A DNA stretch of 63,979 nt, the filler included, from a bacterium (GTDB lineage Bacteria > JALSQH01), in NCBI GenBank assembly GCA_026985515.1. It is 9 parts of 9 records of this genome, joined end to end, with 100 filler letters (N's around TTAATTAATTAA, not from the genome) between each part and the next. Parts side by side here need not be neighbours in the genome. Positions count along the whole stretch, not along the records: positions 48,687 to 57,864 come from JALSQH010000183.1; positions 57,965 to 60,100 come from JALSQH010000184.1; positions 60,201 to 62,334 come from JALSQH010000185.1; positions 62,435 to 63,979 come from JALSQH010000235.1; 5 more parts are not named here. One strand, 5' to 3'. The notes beneath the pieces are model-generated. The model saw only the letters and a list, made by a program, of their open reading frames with translations. It did not search any database and was not told the DNA's origin. This document shows positions 50,541-63,425 of the stretch, piece by piece (the first letter of the stretch is position 1; every line of letters begins with the position of its first letter). A program made the position numbers and the translations under genes.

Positions 50541-50941
50541 TGATGATAGGGATGACCAGAGAGAATGGTATATGCCCTGTATAACTGCTCCACGAGAATA
50601 ACCAGAGCTAACTGGTGAGGAAGAGTCATTCTGGAAAGGGAAATGATCATATTCGCTGAGTCTTTCCATTTTTTATCTACTCCGTAGGGTCCCCCAATGA
50701 TAAAATTGATTTTCCCCCTGTATTCCAGTTCTTCAAGTTTTCTGGCAAATTCACAGGTGGAAAGCTCTTTCCCTCTTTCATCCAGAAGAATTTTATATCC
50801 TTCAATACTCTCAGGAGGATTTCTGTGCTGGATTACCTCTATTTTCCATTTCTTCCATATTCTCTTCAGGTATTCATTTATAATTTCCCATCCCCACCAC
50901 CCTGGACTCAGTTTTGTAAAGATATGAATTTCTACCTTCAA
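50537..50941 (-). CDS. rlmH: 23S rRNA pseudouridine(1915)-N3 methyltransferase RlmH
   Basis: LDERGKELS, FIIGGPYG, SLSRMTLPHQL...LVEQLYRA..I..G.PYH. Confidence 0.93.
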   Translation of the reverse strand: MKVEIHIFTKLSPGWWGWEIINEYLKRIWKKWKIEVIQHRNPPESIEGYKILLDERGKELSTCEFARKLEELEYRGKINFIIGGPYGVDKKWKDSANMIISLSRMTLPHQLALVILVEQLYRAYTILSGHPYHH

Positions 50942-51303
50942 GCTTCTTCAATTTCTCCCTTTTCATTTATTGTGTACCTTGGTGCATCATACCACAATCT
51001 CTCGAGGTCATACAGTTCTCTCGTCTCTGGATGAAAAATATGCACCACTACATCCCCGTAATCCATCAGTATCCAGTGATTATAAGGTATTCCTTCAATT
51101 CCCAGGGGATAGTATCCCCTTAACTCAAGTTTCCTCTCAATTTCATCCTTCAGTGCCCCGGCATGAACCGTTGAATTCGCAGTTGCAATAATAAAGTAAT
51201 CAGTAATGGTAAGGCCCTTCATATCAAGTATCAGAATATCTTCAGCTTTTTTTTCCTTGAGGATTCTTGCAATTGTTCTTACGATTCTTGGAACATTTCC
51301 CAT
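50938..51303 (-). CDS. rsfS: Ribosome silencing factor RsfS
   Basis: KKAEDI, DYFIIAT, WILMDYGDVVVHIF...RELYDLERLW. Confidence 0.94.
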   Translation of the reverse strand: MGNVPRIVRTIARILKEKKAEDILILDMKGLTITDYFIIATANSTVHAGALKDEIERKLELRGYYPLGIEGIPYNHWILMDYGDVVVHIFHPETRELYDLERLWYDAPRYTINEKGEIEEA

Positions 51304-51989
51304 TAACTCTGCTCCATATAGAGTTTTTCCCTGATTATCACTTCCCTTACATCTTCTGGTACAAGATATTTAATAGAGTGTCCCTCCTTAACGAGTTTTC
51401 TGATCCCTGAGGAGGAGATGTCCAGGAGAGTTGAATCATAGAAGAAGATTGAATATCCTGATTCTCTGAATGTTAATCTCCTTTCTTCAAAATTCACCTC
51501 AAAATTTCTGATTTTTTCTTCATCAAAAGGAGGAAAAAATTCTTCCACCTTTCTGAAATGTATCTCGGAATATCTCGGTCTTCTTGCCACGAGAAAATTT
51601 GCAAGGTCGAAAAGATTCATGAAATCCTTCCATGTATGGAGTTCCCTGAATGAATCCATTCCTATAATGAAGAAAATTTCTGCTTCCCTGTATTTTTCTC
51701 TCAGGTCCCTCAGTGTGTTTACCGTGTAACTGGGTTTATCAAGATCCAGATCGTGGGTATCTATCCCGAAATAAGGGTTATTTCTGATGGCTTTTTTTAT
51801 CATCTCCACGCGAATTTCTGGGGGTGTTATCTTGCGTCCCAGCTTATGTGGTGGAATCCTTGAGGGTAGAAAATAAACTTTTGAAAGAGAAAAATTGTAC
51901 CTGGCCTCTTCTGCCATACGAAGGTGTCCAAAATGGATTGGATCAAATGTTCCTCCTATGAAGCCAATTCTATTCACGGATCTGCCCAT
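51303..51989 (-). CDS. nadD: Nicotinate-nucleotide adenylyltransferase
   Basis: [33 protein letters not shown]. Confidence 0.95.
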   Translation of the reverse strand: MGRSVNRIGFIGGTFDPIHFGHLRMAEEARYNFSLSKVYFLPSRIPPHKLGRKITPPEIRVEMIKKAIRNNPYFGIDTHDLDLDKPSYTVNTLRDLREKYREAEIFFIIGMDSFRELHTWKDFMNLFDLANFLVARRPRYSEIHFRKVEEFFPPFDEEKIRNFEVNFEERRLTFRESGYSIFFYDSTLLDISSSGIRKLVKEGHSIKYLVPEDVREVIIREKLYMEQS

Positions 51990-53226
51990 TGCCAAGAATA
52001 ACAAATTTTTCCACTGTTAACGCTTCAAGTCCCATGGGACCATAGGCATGCAATCTGGTTGTGTTTATTCCAATCTCAGCTCCAAGGCCAAGTTCGTAAC
52101 CATCACTCCATCGCGTTGATGCATTAACCAGAACTGTGGAGGAATTTACCTCTCTCAAAAATTTCCCGGCCTTTTCGTAGTTAGTGGTTACTATGGCCTC
52201 GGTGTGGGAGGAACCATATTTTTCAATGTGTTCAATTGCTTCATCTATGTTATCAACAACCTTAACGGCAAGAATGAGATCAAGAAATTCTGCATAGTAA
52301 TCTTCCTCGGTAGCCGGTTTCGCTTCTGGAATAATTCTCCTTGTTGTCTCGCAGCCTCTTATCTCCACTCCCGCTTCTCTGTAAAGTTTATATATTTCAG
52401 GGAGAAACTTTTCTGCAATTTCCCTGTGGACGAGGAGGGTTTCCATGGCGTTACACACTGCGGGTCTCTGAACCTTGGCATTGTAGGCTATCTTAACCGC
52501 CATTTCAAGGTCAGCTTCATTATCCACATAGACGTGACATACTCCTTTGTAGTGTTTCAGAACAGGTATTCTTGAGTGTTCGGATACAAATCTTATGAGT
52601 CCCTCACCTCCCCTTGGTATAATGAGGTCAATATATTCATCCTGCTGAAGCATAAATTTAATCGCCTCTCTATCGGTTACAGGTATAACCTGAACAGCTT
52701 CTTCAGGTAACCCATAGGCTCTTATTCCTTCCTGAAAAATTGCTCCCAGGATCCTGTTTGAATTTATCGCTTCACTGCCACCTCTGAGAATAACCGCATT
52801 ACCAGATTTGAATGTAAGTGCCGCAGCATCGATTGTAACATTTGGTCTTGATTCATAAATAATTCCTATCACTCCCAGGGGAATCCTCATTTTGCTTACA
52901 ATTAACCCATTGGGGCGCCGCCATGTTTTTGTTATTTCCCCCACCGGGTCAGGAAGGGATGCAACCTGTTTGAGCCCATCTATCATCTGATTGAGCCTTT
53001 TGTCATTGAGTTCCAGTCTATCCAGCAGTGCCTTTGATAAGCCCTTTTCTTCTCCTGTCCTCAGATCCTTTTTATTTTCCTCTTTTATTTTCTCCCGATT
53101 TTCTTCTATCAGTTCTGCAACTTTGAAGAGAACATCGTTTTTTGTTTTCGTATCAACTTTTGCCATTTTTCTTGAAGCCTCTTTTGCTTTTCTGGCTATC
53201 TGGATAATCTGTTCTTCTAAATTCAT
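51970..53226 (-). CDS. proA: Gamma-glutamyl phosphate reductase
   Basis: [48 protein letters not shown]...GAEIG, GPMG. Confidence 0.96.
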   Translation of the reverse strand: MNLEEQIIQIARKAKEASRKMAKVDTKTKNDVLFKVAELIEENREKIKEENKKDLRTGEEKGLSKALLDRLELNDKRLNQMIDGLKQVASLPDPVGEITKTWRRPNGLIVSKMRIPLGVIGIIYESRPNVTIDAAALTFKSGNAVILRGGSEAINSNRILGAIFQEGIRAYGLPEEAVQVIPVTDREAIKFMLQQDEYIDLIIPRGGEGLIRFVSEHSRIPVLKHYKGVCHVYVDNEADLEMAVKIAYNAKVQRPAVCNAMETLLVHREIAEKFLPEIYKLYREAGVEIRGCETTRRIIPEAKPATEEDYYAEFLDLILAVKVVDNIDEAIEHIEKYGSSHTEAIVTTNYEKAGKFLREVNSSTVLVNASTRWSDGYELGLGAEIGINTTRLHAYGPMGLEALTVEKFVILGNGQIRE

Positions 53227-53237
53227 TTTCTCACCTC

Positions 53238-55398
<2,161 letters not shown>

Positions 55399-55662
55399 TT
55401 ACTGATTCCCGGTAAGGGGAATGACACTGACAAATTTTCTATTTCTTCTCTTTTCAAATTTTACAATACCATCTGTAAGGGCAAAGAGGGTGAAATCTCT
55501 CCCCATTCCTACATTTTTCCCGGGATGAAATTTTGTACCCAGTTGCCTTACTATTATGTTTCCAGCTTTTACAAATTCACCGTCAAATTTTTTTACTCCC
55601 CTTCTTTTCCCTGGAGAGTCTCTACCATTTCTTGAACTGCCCTGTCCTTTTTTATGCGCCAT
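55399..55662 (-). CDS. rpmA: 50S ribosomal protein L27
   Basis: [30 protein letters not shown]. Confidence 0.98.
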   Translation of the reverse strand: MAHKKGQGSSRNGRDSPGKRRGVKKFDGEFVKAGNIIVRQLGTKFHPGKNVGMGRDFTLFALTDGIVKFEKRRNRKFVSVIPLTGNQ

Positions 55663-55665
55663 TTT

Positions 55666-55980
55666 TTACTCCTGTATTACAATTTCACTGATCAACACTT
55701 CTGTGAAGTACTGTCTGTGTCCCTGTTTTTTGTGGTACCCCTTTCTCCTTTTTTTCTTAAAAACAATTATTTTCTTTCCTCTTCCCTGCTGAATAATCTT
55801 TCCAATGACTTTTGCTCCCTCTACAAAAGGTTTACCAACTTTTACATCTTCGTCCCTGATCATCAAAACTCTGTCAAAAACCACCTCAGATTCAGGCTCT
55901 CCCTCAATTTTTTCTATTTTTATCCTTTCACCGGGAGAAACTTTATACTGCTTTCCACCTGTCTTTATAATTGCATACAT
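55666..55980 (-). CDS. rplU: 50S ribosomal protein L21
   Basis: MYAIIKTGGKQYKV, GHRQ.FT; start adjusted to ATG 55980. Confidence 0.97.
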   Translation of the reverse strand: MYAIIKTGGKQYKVSPGERIKIEKIEGEPESEVVFDRVLMIRDEDVKVGKPFVEGAKVIGKIIQQGRGKKIIVFKKKRRKGYHKKQGHRQYFTEVLISEIVIQE

Positions 55981-56054
55981 AATTTCCCCCTTTTTTGGAA
56001 AAGATTTTACATAAATTTTTCTTGATTGCAAATCATGATTTGTTGTAAACTAAA

Positions 56055-57017
56055 ATGGTGAAGAGAGGCAGGAGTGTTCTCGTAGTTGATGATGACAGGT
56101 TTATCCAGAAGATAATCACCACAATTCTTAAAGAGTCAGGACTTTTCAGCAATTTCCTTACCGCCAGTAATGGATATGAGGGCCTGAAGATTCTGAAAGA
56201 GAGAGGCAATGAAATTGATCTTGTTTTCTGTGATCTGAATATGCCCGATTTTGACGGATTGAAGTTTCTTGAAGCAAAAGAGAAGTTAAAGGAATTAAAG
56301 GATATTCCTGTAATCATTCTCACAGCTGCTGAGGAGAAGGAGTTAAAGTTAAAGGCTCTTGAACTCGGGGCCAATGACTTTATAACTAAGCCAGCTGATC
56401 CGGCGGAAATTATTGCCAGAGCCAGGGTGCAGTTAAAAATTAAACAGCTTCAGGATGAGTTAAAAAAACAAAACAGAATTTTAAAGGAGCTATCAAACAC
56501 TGATCCCCTTACCAAAATTTACAATAGAAGGCATTTCATGGATCTCCTTGACAGAGAGTTTGCCAGATCTATGCGGTATGGAAGACCTCTTTCCCTTGCC
56601 ATTGTGGACATAGATCACTTTAAAATGGTGAATGACACATATGGACACCAGATTGGTGACAGGGTCCTGATAGAATTTGTTAAAAGGATAAAAGAAGGTC
56701 TGAGAAAACATGATGTTCTGGGACGGTATGGAGGGGAGGAGTTCACTATTCTTCTTCCAGAAACTAAGTTATCCGATGCAGTTAAGGTTATTGAAAGGCA
56801 CAGAAAGAATATGGATGAAAAACCTGTTCTTCTTGAACCCTGGATCCATGTTACTTTCAGTGCAGGTGTTACGGGAATACCTGATGTGGAAGCGGAGTCA
56901 GTTGATGATATGATTAAACAGGCAGACCTTGCTCTCTACAACGCCAAAAATAGTGGTAGAAACAGAGTTATTTCCTATAAAGAGGTCACTGAAAATCCCT
57001 TGAAAAATAACTCGTGA
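56055..57017 (+). CDS. Response-regulator diguanylate cyclase (REC-GGDEF)
   Basis: VVDDD, CDLNMP, DFITKP; TDPLT..YNRR, DIDHFK.VND.YGH..GD, RKHD I-site, RYGGEEF. Confidence 0.93.
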   Translation: MVKRGRSVLVVDDDRFIQKIITTILKESGLFSNFLTASNGYEGLKILKERGNEIDLVFCDLNMPDFDGLKFLEAKEKLKELKDIPVIILTAAEEKELKLKALELGANDFITKPADPAEIIARARVQLKIKQLQDELKKQNRILKELSNTDPLTKIYNRRHFMDLLDREFARSMRYGRPLSLAIVDIDHFKMVNDTYGHQIGDRVLIEFVKRIKEGLRKHDVLGRYGGEEFTILLPETKLSDAVKVIERHRKNMDEKPVLLEPWIHVTFSAGVTGIPDVEAESVDDMIKQADLALYNAKNSGRNRVISYKEVTENPLKNNS

Positions 57018-57067
57018 GCAATATACTTGTATGCGTATTTCACTGAACAATTAAATGGAGGAGAATT

Positions 57068-57864
57068 ATGTTGAAGAATTACCTTCTCTCACCAGGACCA
57101 ACCCCAGTTTTAACAGATGCTCTTGCAGAAATGTCAAAACCCATAATCCATCATCGAACACCTGAATTCAGCAAGATTTTTCTTGAAGCGGAGGAAGGAT
57201 TAAAATATGTCTTTCAGACACAGCAGGATGTTCTCATTCTGGCTTCCTCTGGAACTGGAGCAATGGAAGGATCTGTTACGAATCTGCTTTCAAAGGGAGA
57301 CAAAGCAATTGTTATAAATGGAGGAAAATTTGGAGAGAGATGGGGTCAGATATGTGAAGCGTATGGAGTTGAAGTTATATGGATAAATGTTGAATGGGGA
57401 AAGGCAGTTGATGTTAATGTTGTTGAAGATGCACTGAAGAAAAACCCGGATGTTAAGGCAATCTTTGTTCAGGCAAGTGAGACATCAACCACAGTTGCTC
57501 ATCCGGTAAAAGAACTTGCGGAACTCACCAGGAACAGGGAAAATACTGCCCTTGTAGTGGATGGTATCACGGCAGTGGGAGTTATGGATATACCCATGGA
57601 CAAATGGGGAATTGATGTCCTCGTGAGTGGATCACAGAAGGCTTTTATGCTTCCTCCGGGACTTGCTTTTGTTGCCTTCAGCGAAAAGGCGTGGAAGATG
57701 GCTGAAAGCTCCGATTTACCGAAGTATTATTTTGATTTCAAGAAGGAGAGGAAGTCCCTGAAAAACGCCACCACTGCTTACACACCTGCAGTTTCTCTCA
57801 TAATTGGTTTGAATACCGTGCTTAAAAAAATGAGAGAGGAGGGTCTGAAAAACATCTTCAAGAG
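57068..57864 (+). CDS. Class V PLP aminotransferase (alanine-glyoxylate/serine-pyruvate family), 3'-truncated
   Basis: LLSPGPTP, HHR, SGTGAME, ETST, VDG, SGSQKAFMLPPG. Confidence 0.9.
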
Positions 57865-57964
57865 NNNNNNNNNNNNNNNNNNNNNNNNNNNNNNNNNNNN
57901 NNNNNNNNTTAATTAATTAANNNNNNNNNNNNNNNNNNNNNNNNNNNNNNNNNNNNNNNNNNNN

Positions 57965-58593
57965 TCTTTGATTTCTTCTGGAAGATTATCCTCCCATAAT
58001 GCCCTTGAAATTTTCCAGTTCACAGTTCTTATTGCTGACAGTGCAAGTTGAGCAAATCTTCCTATTGCAAAAGTGTCTGTGATTTTCCATGGTTTTATGA
58101 AATCTGGTGATAGAGCAAACATCCTGTAACCTTCTGGAAGAGGTGCTTTTCCACTTTTTACTTCCTCAATGAATTCATTTATACCACACACAAAGGCCTT
58201 AAGATTTTTTCTGACATCCGGATCTGTTTCGGCAAGTGTTTTTTCAAGGGATGATTTTCCATCGGGACCGTAGAGCATCTCTTTTACAAATCTGTCCATC
58301 TCTTCAATGAGCGGAATCATATCTCCTACAATTTCTCCTAAATTGCCATTGCTCAGATGTCTGAAAAAATCCATGTAGAAGAGCCTGCTTTTTGCCTCAA
58401 TGTAACCCTGAAGAAAAAATAGATTTTCATTTGTATCTGCATAAATGTGGTAAAAACCCCATTTGTCCACATATACTTTTCCATTCCCGTTGAATTTTTT
58501 CAGATCAATGTAGCTGATTTTTTCTTTTTCTGAACAGGCATTAAAATTTATCCCCACAAAAATAAAAAAAAGGAGCAGTAAAACCCTTTTCAT
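57965..58593 (-). CDS. Penicillin acylase (Ntn-hydrolase) family protein, N-terminal part
   Basis: V.VDKWG..HIYA.....LFF.QGY..A..RL..MD..R....G.L.EI.G; AF..GIN; PW...D. Confidence 0.82.
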
Positions 58594-58619
58594 AACACCT
58601 CCACTCTCAGATAAAAAAA

Positions 58620-58705
58620 TGGTGCCCGGGGCCGGACTCGAACCGGCACGGGGAAACCCCAGTAGATTTTGAGTCTACCGCGTCTACCAGTTCCGCCACC
58701 CGGGC
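58620..58705 (-). tRNA. tRNA-Leu(CAA)
   Basis: Reverse complement GCCCGGGTGGCGGAACTGGTAGACGCGGTAGACTCAAAATCTACTGGGGTTTCCCCGTGCCGGTTCGAGTCCGGCCCCGGGCACCA; anticodon CAA, long variable arm, CCA. Confidence 0.96.
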
Positions 58706-58714
58706 TCAGTAAAA

Positions 58715-58743
58715 ATTATATCCAGAGGGGAGGGAACTTGCAA
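58715..58743 (-). promoter_or_regulatory. Sigma70 promoter of tRNA-Leu
   Basis: Minus strand TTGCAA, 17 nt spacer, TATAAT ending 9 nt before the tRNA 5' end. Confidence 0.65.
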
Positions 58744-58953
58744 ATTGTCGTAAGCCATAATGTACCTTGACTTTTACGCACAAAAATAGTATCCCGATTA
58801 TAGAAAAATTGTCTGAAGGGGTTGATAGGTAAGATCTTGAAATACGATTACTTTATGGAAAATGATTCATCTCTTCAGCTTAAAGAGGAATGAGATAGCA
58901 GAGGGGGGTGGCATAATTATTGCAGAAATGGTATCAGTAGGGAGATACTAAAG

Positions 58954-60100
58954 ATGAAAACGAGGTTTTTATTTTTAATTATAATCTTGCTATCCATACT
59001 GGCGGTTAGCTGCAGAAGGTCAAAGAAAAAAATTGAAATGAAGAGCAGGCATCGGAGGTTTTCTTATTTACCTGGAAAATTTCCACTTTCTTATTCTCCA
59101 AGTGGAATGGATGTATTAATAGTTTTCTATCCAGAAAGAGTAACCTATTATAAAGGGGTAGATCATTTTCTTGCTATATTTGTTGATAATAAAGGAGCAA
59201 AAACTATATATCATTTTCGAGATGCTGTTACAGTGGGGAGAATATTATCCCTAAAAAATTTTGGCGTGGCAAATTTTTCTATAGGTATTACTGAAATAAC
59301 ATATAAAAGGTTAAGCTTTGGAAAAGAGGGAAAGTACAGACTGTTTTATTTAACCGGGATTAATGGATATTATTCTGTTGTTACCGGGATTACAGTAACT
59401 GTTGCCTCCAAAGGTTACTTTTCAAGGGTGGCTGAATTGTATGAAAATTCTCCTTTGGAAAAGAAACCCAGGAGTAAATGGAGTTTAGTCAATGAGAATC
59501 ATGGAATTTTCGGAAATGGTGTAACATCATTCACTTATTTTGGTTTTATAGGATATTATAACACTGACATATTTGTTGATAAGCAAAACACATCTCTTAC
59601 AGGGTATATTCCGCCTGACAGGATAATTTTTTGTGGAGAGACTTCTCCATCTTATATAGGGTGTGTTATTAGAGGGAAAAAAGTCATGATGCCTTTGCCT
59701 GGTAGTCGTGGAAGACTTGTTGCTGAAAGAACAGACAGCGGAATTTTATTAAACTATCTTTATGTAGAAAGTAGCGTTGGTCTGATCAAGAATACAATTA
59801 CATGGGGGGACGGTTCATTGTACAATTCAAAAAAAATTATAGATAAAGGAGTACTTCAGATTGCTGAGAATTATCAGGGTTCAGCCACAATGGACTCCTT
59901 CCCCAGGTATTTTTACTATATTACTGGAGGAGATAAAACCAGGATCAATGTGCTTGACTGGAACCTGGAATATGCAGGTTATTTCAGAGTTACAGAACCA
60001 GTTGGTGCGATTTTGAAGGGATATATTGATCATAAGATTTCAGGTTTTGGAAGAGTTTGTTATTTCAATAATTTTGCAGAAATAGTGTGCAATAATCCTT
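58954..60100 (+). CDS. Hypothetical beta-rich lipoprotein (3'-truncated)
   Basis: Lipobox AVSC; Tyr/Gly/Ile-rich; open to the gap. Confidence 0.6.
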
Positions 60101-60200
60101 NNNNNNNNNNNNNNNNNNNNNNNNNNNNNNNNNNNNNNNNNNNNTTAATTAATTAANNNNNNNNNNNNNNNNNNNNNNNNNNNNNNNNNNNNNNNNNNNN

Positions 60201-60333
60201 GTGATGCATTGATCATCTGAATCGCCTGTCCGGAAAAGGGGAAAATTGAGAATCTGTCTGGATGGTTTATATATCCCACTTCATAAGAAATTGTACCATC
60301 TCTGTCCATAAAAATTGCTCTATTTTTTTTCAA
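60201..60333 (-). CDS. gmhB: HAD-IIIA phosphatase, GmhB-like (3'-truncated)
   Basis: RAIFMDRDGTI..EVGY; lies in an LPS operon. Confidence 0.7.
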
Positions 60334-61216
60334 TTTTTACCTCCGGCTGGTTCTTCCATCTGTTGTGGACCCAGAACCACTGTTCTGGATAAAGTTTCAC
60401 AACTTTTTCAATAAAATCTGTGTATTGCTGAGTATTGAGCCTTACACTTTCTTCAAGGGTTTTCCCTTTTACGGGATGAAAAGGTTTCTCAATAACAACC
60501 TTAAAGGTACCATCTTCTTTCCTTATGCAGTAAGCTGGTACCACAGGTATTTCAAACTTTATTGCAAGCATTGCCACCACCTTAAAGGTTGATGCGGGCC
60601 TACCAAAAAAGTTTACAAAAACAGCTTCCCTGACAGGGGCATTTTGATCAAGAAGAAAAATCAAAATCTCTCCCTGTCTCAGTTTTTTCATCATCTGAAA
60701 AACTGTGTTTTTCCCTGTTATTAACTTTAATCCCATTCCTTTTCTTATGTCTGTCACAATTTGATTAATCCTGTTATTCTGAATCTTTTTTACGATGGCT
60801 GTAGCTTCACCCACAAATGTTGTAAAAGCAATGGTTGCAATTTCCCAGTTACCAATGTGTCCGGTGAGAAGTATAAAACCTTTTCCCTTTAGATTTTCTA
60901 AAATTTCTTTTCCCTCAATTTCAAAGTAATCACCGGCTCTTTCCCTTATATATTTCCACTTTACTATCTCTCCAATCATCATACCGTAGTGTTTATAATT
61001 TTCCCGGATTATCCTTTTCGCTTCATTGTCGTCAACTTTCAACGCCTGTTTTACATTTTTCAGAGCAAGGTTGCGCCTCCCCTGGTCCAGAAGATACCAA
61101 AGATATGTAATAAACATACCAATCTTTCTCGTTGTGGAAATATCAAGCATACTCATTGTCCTGTAGAAAACTGCTGTTAACAATCCACCAAGCTCATCAC
61201 CTATTTTTTTAATCAT
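60320..61216 (-). CDS. Lipid A late acyltransferase (LpxL/HtrB family)
   Basis: TGHIGNWE (HxxxxE), LLDQ, VNFFG, PEQWFWVHNRWK. Confidence 0.9.
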   Translation of the reverse strand: MIKKIGDELGGLLTAVFYRTMSMLDISTTRKIGMFITYLWYLLDQGRRNLALKNVKQALKVDDNEAKRIIRENYKHYGMMIGEIVKWKYIRERAGDYFEIEGKEILENLKGKGFILLTGHIGNWEIATIAFTTFVGEATAIVKKIQNNRINQIVTDIRKGMGLKLITGKNTVFQMMKKLRQGEILIFLLDQNAPVREAVFVNFFGRPASTFKVVAMLAIKFEIPVVPAYCIRKEDGTFKVVIEKPFHPVKGKTLEESVRLNTQQYTDFIEKVVKLYPEQWFWVHNRWKNQPEVKIEKK

Positions 61217-62231
61217 TTTTCTTCCTTTTACTTTCCTTCGCCCTGGCAATACTTTTTAGAAGTTCCTTTTTTCCCTCTTCCTGAATCTCAAGAGAAGTGG
61301 AGGTATAAATTATTCTATCCTTTACCTCTTCAGGAAGTAAGTAATCGAGTTTGACCGCATCTTTCTCGGTAACCAGTAGGTAAAAGTTTTGAGATATTAT
61401 AATCTGTAGAATTTTTCTTACCAGCCATGGATATGAAAAATGATCAGGAAGTGGTATTTTCAACAATGGTTTTGTTTTCATTTCATCCAGTAGTTTAAAA
61501 AATGAGCCAGGATGTGCAATTCCCGCCATCGCAATGACTTTAAGTTTTTTGAGAACTTCTGCTTTGATCTCTTCTCCTCTGAGATTGATAAATTTCAGAG
61601 GCAGGTATGAAAAGGTATAGATTTTATCAATACCGAGGCTCTTAAGAAAGATTTTATTTTCCGTAAAAAATTTGCCCTTCATGTTTGCAAAAAAAAGATC
61701 AGCTCTTTTAATGTTTTCCAGGGGCTCTCTCAATACACCAAAAGGGAGAGGTTTTTCCTTTCTCAGGTTTCTCCATGAGTCTATAAGAAGGATATCTACA
61801 TCCCTTTTTACCTGAATATGAGAAAAAGCATCATCAAGAAGAACCACATCGGTCAGAGGAAACTGATTTAACAGCGCGGTAATCCCTCTGCTCCTCTTTC
61901 TTGCAACCACCACTGGAGCACCTGTTTTTCTTGCAATAAGTACAGGCTCATCCCCCGCCTCAGCAGGAGAGAGAATAATTCTGCCATTCTTTGAAACGAA
62001 TTGATATTCATCTTTATATTTCCCCTTATATCCTCTTGAAACCACTGCACATCTGTAACCCGAATTCTGAAGCAAAATGCAGAGTTCAATAACAAATGGT
62101 GTCTTGCCTGCTCCACCAGCTGTTATATTTCCAATGGAAACAATTACTGCGGGAAATTCTTTTGAATTTTTTCTCTTAAAATTCAGGTAAAGATTAAAAA
62201 TTTTTGTGTATAACATCAGAAACTCCACCAT
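61209..62231 (-). CDS. lpxK: Tetraacyldisaccharide 4'-kinase
   Basis: VSIGNITAGGAGKTP, SRGY, GDEP, LDDAF.H, LP.G.LREP, AGIA.P, PDH, TEKDAVK. Confidence 0.94.
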   Translation of the reverse strand: MVEFLMLYTKIFNLYLNFKRKNSKEFPAVIVSIGNITAGGAGKTPFVIELCILLQNSGYRCAVVSRGYKGKYKDEYQFVSKNGRIILSPAEAGDEPVLIARKTGAPVVVARKRSRGITALLNQFPLTDVVLLDDAFSHIQVKRDVDILLIDSWRNLRKEKPLPFGVLREPLENIKRADLFFANMKGKFFTENKIFLKSLGIDKIYTFSYLPLKFINLRGEEIKAEVLKKLKVIAMAGIAHPGSFFKLLDEMKTKPLLKIPLPDHFSYPWLVRKILQIIISQNFYLLVTEKDAVKLDYLLPEEVKDRIIYTSTSLEIQEEGKKELLKSIARAKESKRKKND

Positions 62232-62434
62232 CCAGAAAGGGATGTCCTGAACTTTCTTTCTTGATTTAAAATAGATTGCACAGCTATCCCATATTTCCTG
62301 CTTCTGTAAATGATTCTCAATTTCATATCATAGGNNNNNNNNNNNNNNNNNNNNNNNNNNNNNNNNNNNNNNNNNNNNTTAATTAATTAANNNNNNNNNN
62401 NNNNNNNNNNNNNNNNNNNNNNNNNNNNNNNNNN

Positions 62435-62716
62435 CTGTTGCAGAGCAGAATAACTATGAAAAGTGCAATGCTTGCAAGATTCATACACAAAAATATTCTG
62501 AGTCTGACTGGAAGTTTCAACAGAAAGATAAGAAAGGCAAATTTCTGGGTATTACTTGGTACAAAGATGCCTTCAGTTCTTGTGGAAATAGGATTTATTT
62601 CCAATGAGGTGGAGGAACGGAAGCTATTTGATTATGATTACCAGAGAAAAATTGCAGAAGGTATTGCGGATGGTATAATAGAATTTCTCAAAAAGGAGAG
62701 AAGAGATGAGAAGTGA
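62435..62716 (+). CDS. N-acetylmuramoyl-L-alanine amidase, C-terminal part (5'-truncated)
   Basis: ANFWVL....MPSVLVEIGFISN..EE..L....YQ.KIA.GI. Confidence 0.88.
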   Translation: MLQSRITMKSAMLARFIHKNILSLTGSFNRKIRKANFWVLLGTKMPSVLVEIGFISNEVEERKLFDYDYQRKIAEGIADGIIEFLKKERRDEK

Positions 62717-63425
62717 TGGTAGAGAAAACAATCAGTTAAGGCCTGTGAGGATCATTCCAGATTTTTTGAAACATCCTTATGGATCAGCTCTCATTGAAAT
62801 GGGAGATACGAGGGTAATAACAGCAGTCAGTGTAGAGGAAAGTGTGCCTCCCTTTCTCAATCCCGAGGAACAGGGATGGTTAACTGCTGAGTACTCTCTT
62901 TTGCCTTCATCCACAAGACCAAGGAGTGTCAGAGAATCAACCAGAGGAAGAGTGGCCGGAAGAACCCACGAAATACAGAGACTTATTGGTCGTTCTCTCA
63001 GAGCGGCACTTGATCTGAGGAAAATTCCTGGAAAAACTCTATGGGTTGATTGCGATGTAATTCAGGCGGATGGGGGTACGAGAACAGCCTCAATAACAGG
63101 TGCATTTGTTGCTCTCCAAATAGCTGTAAACAATATGTTGAAGGATGGAATAATTGAAGAGGACCCCATTCTCTACAACATTGCTGCCGTCAGTGTAGGA
63201 ATTGTGGATGAAGAAATATTGCTTGACCTCAATTATGAAGAGGATTTCAGGGCGTCTGTGGACATGAACATTGTAATGAATGAGAGAGGAGAGTATATTG
63301 AAGTTCAGGGTACCTCAGAGGAGAAAACATTTTCAAGGGATCAGTTAAACAGTATGCTTGACCTTGCATGGTCAGGGATCCAGAAACTTGTAGAAATTCA
63401 GAAAGAGGTGCTGAAGAGTGGGTAA
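62706..63425 (+). CDS. rph: Ribonuclease PH
   Basis: RSDGR, GWLTAEYSLLP, GRTHEIQRLIGRSLR, DCDVIQADGGTRTASITGA, DMN, EVQGT. Confidence 0.97.
   Translation: MRSDGRENNQLRPVRIIPDFLKHPYGSALIEMGDTRVITAVSVEESVPPFLNPEEQGWLTAEYSLLPSSTRPRSVRESTRGRVAGRTHEIQRLIGRSLRAALDLRKIPGKTLWVDCDVIQADGGTRTASITGAFVALQIAVNNMLKDGIIEEDPILYNIAAVSVGIVDEEILLDLNYEEDFRASVDMNIVMNERGEYIEVQGTSEEKTFSRDQLNSMLDLAWSGIQKLVEIQKEVLKSG

Noticed and set aside
62216..62334. Open minus-strand frame ending in TGA near the lpxK start (possibly the 3' end of waaA/kdtA)
   Set aside because: Only about 38 codons with no diagnostic motif; identity cannot be supported
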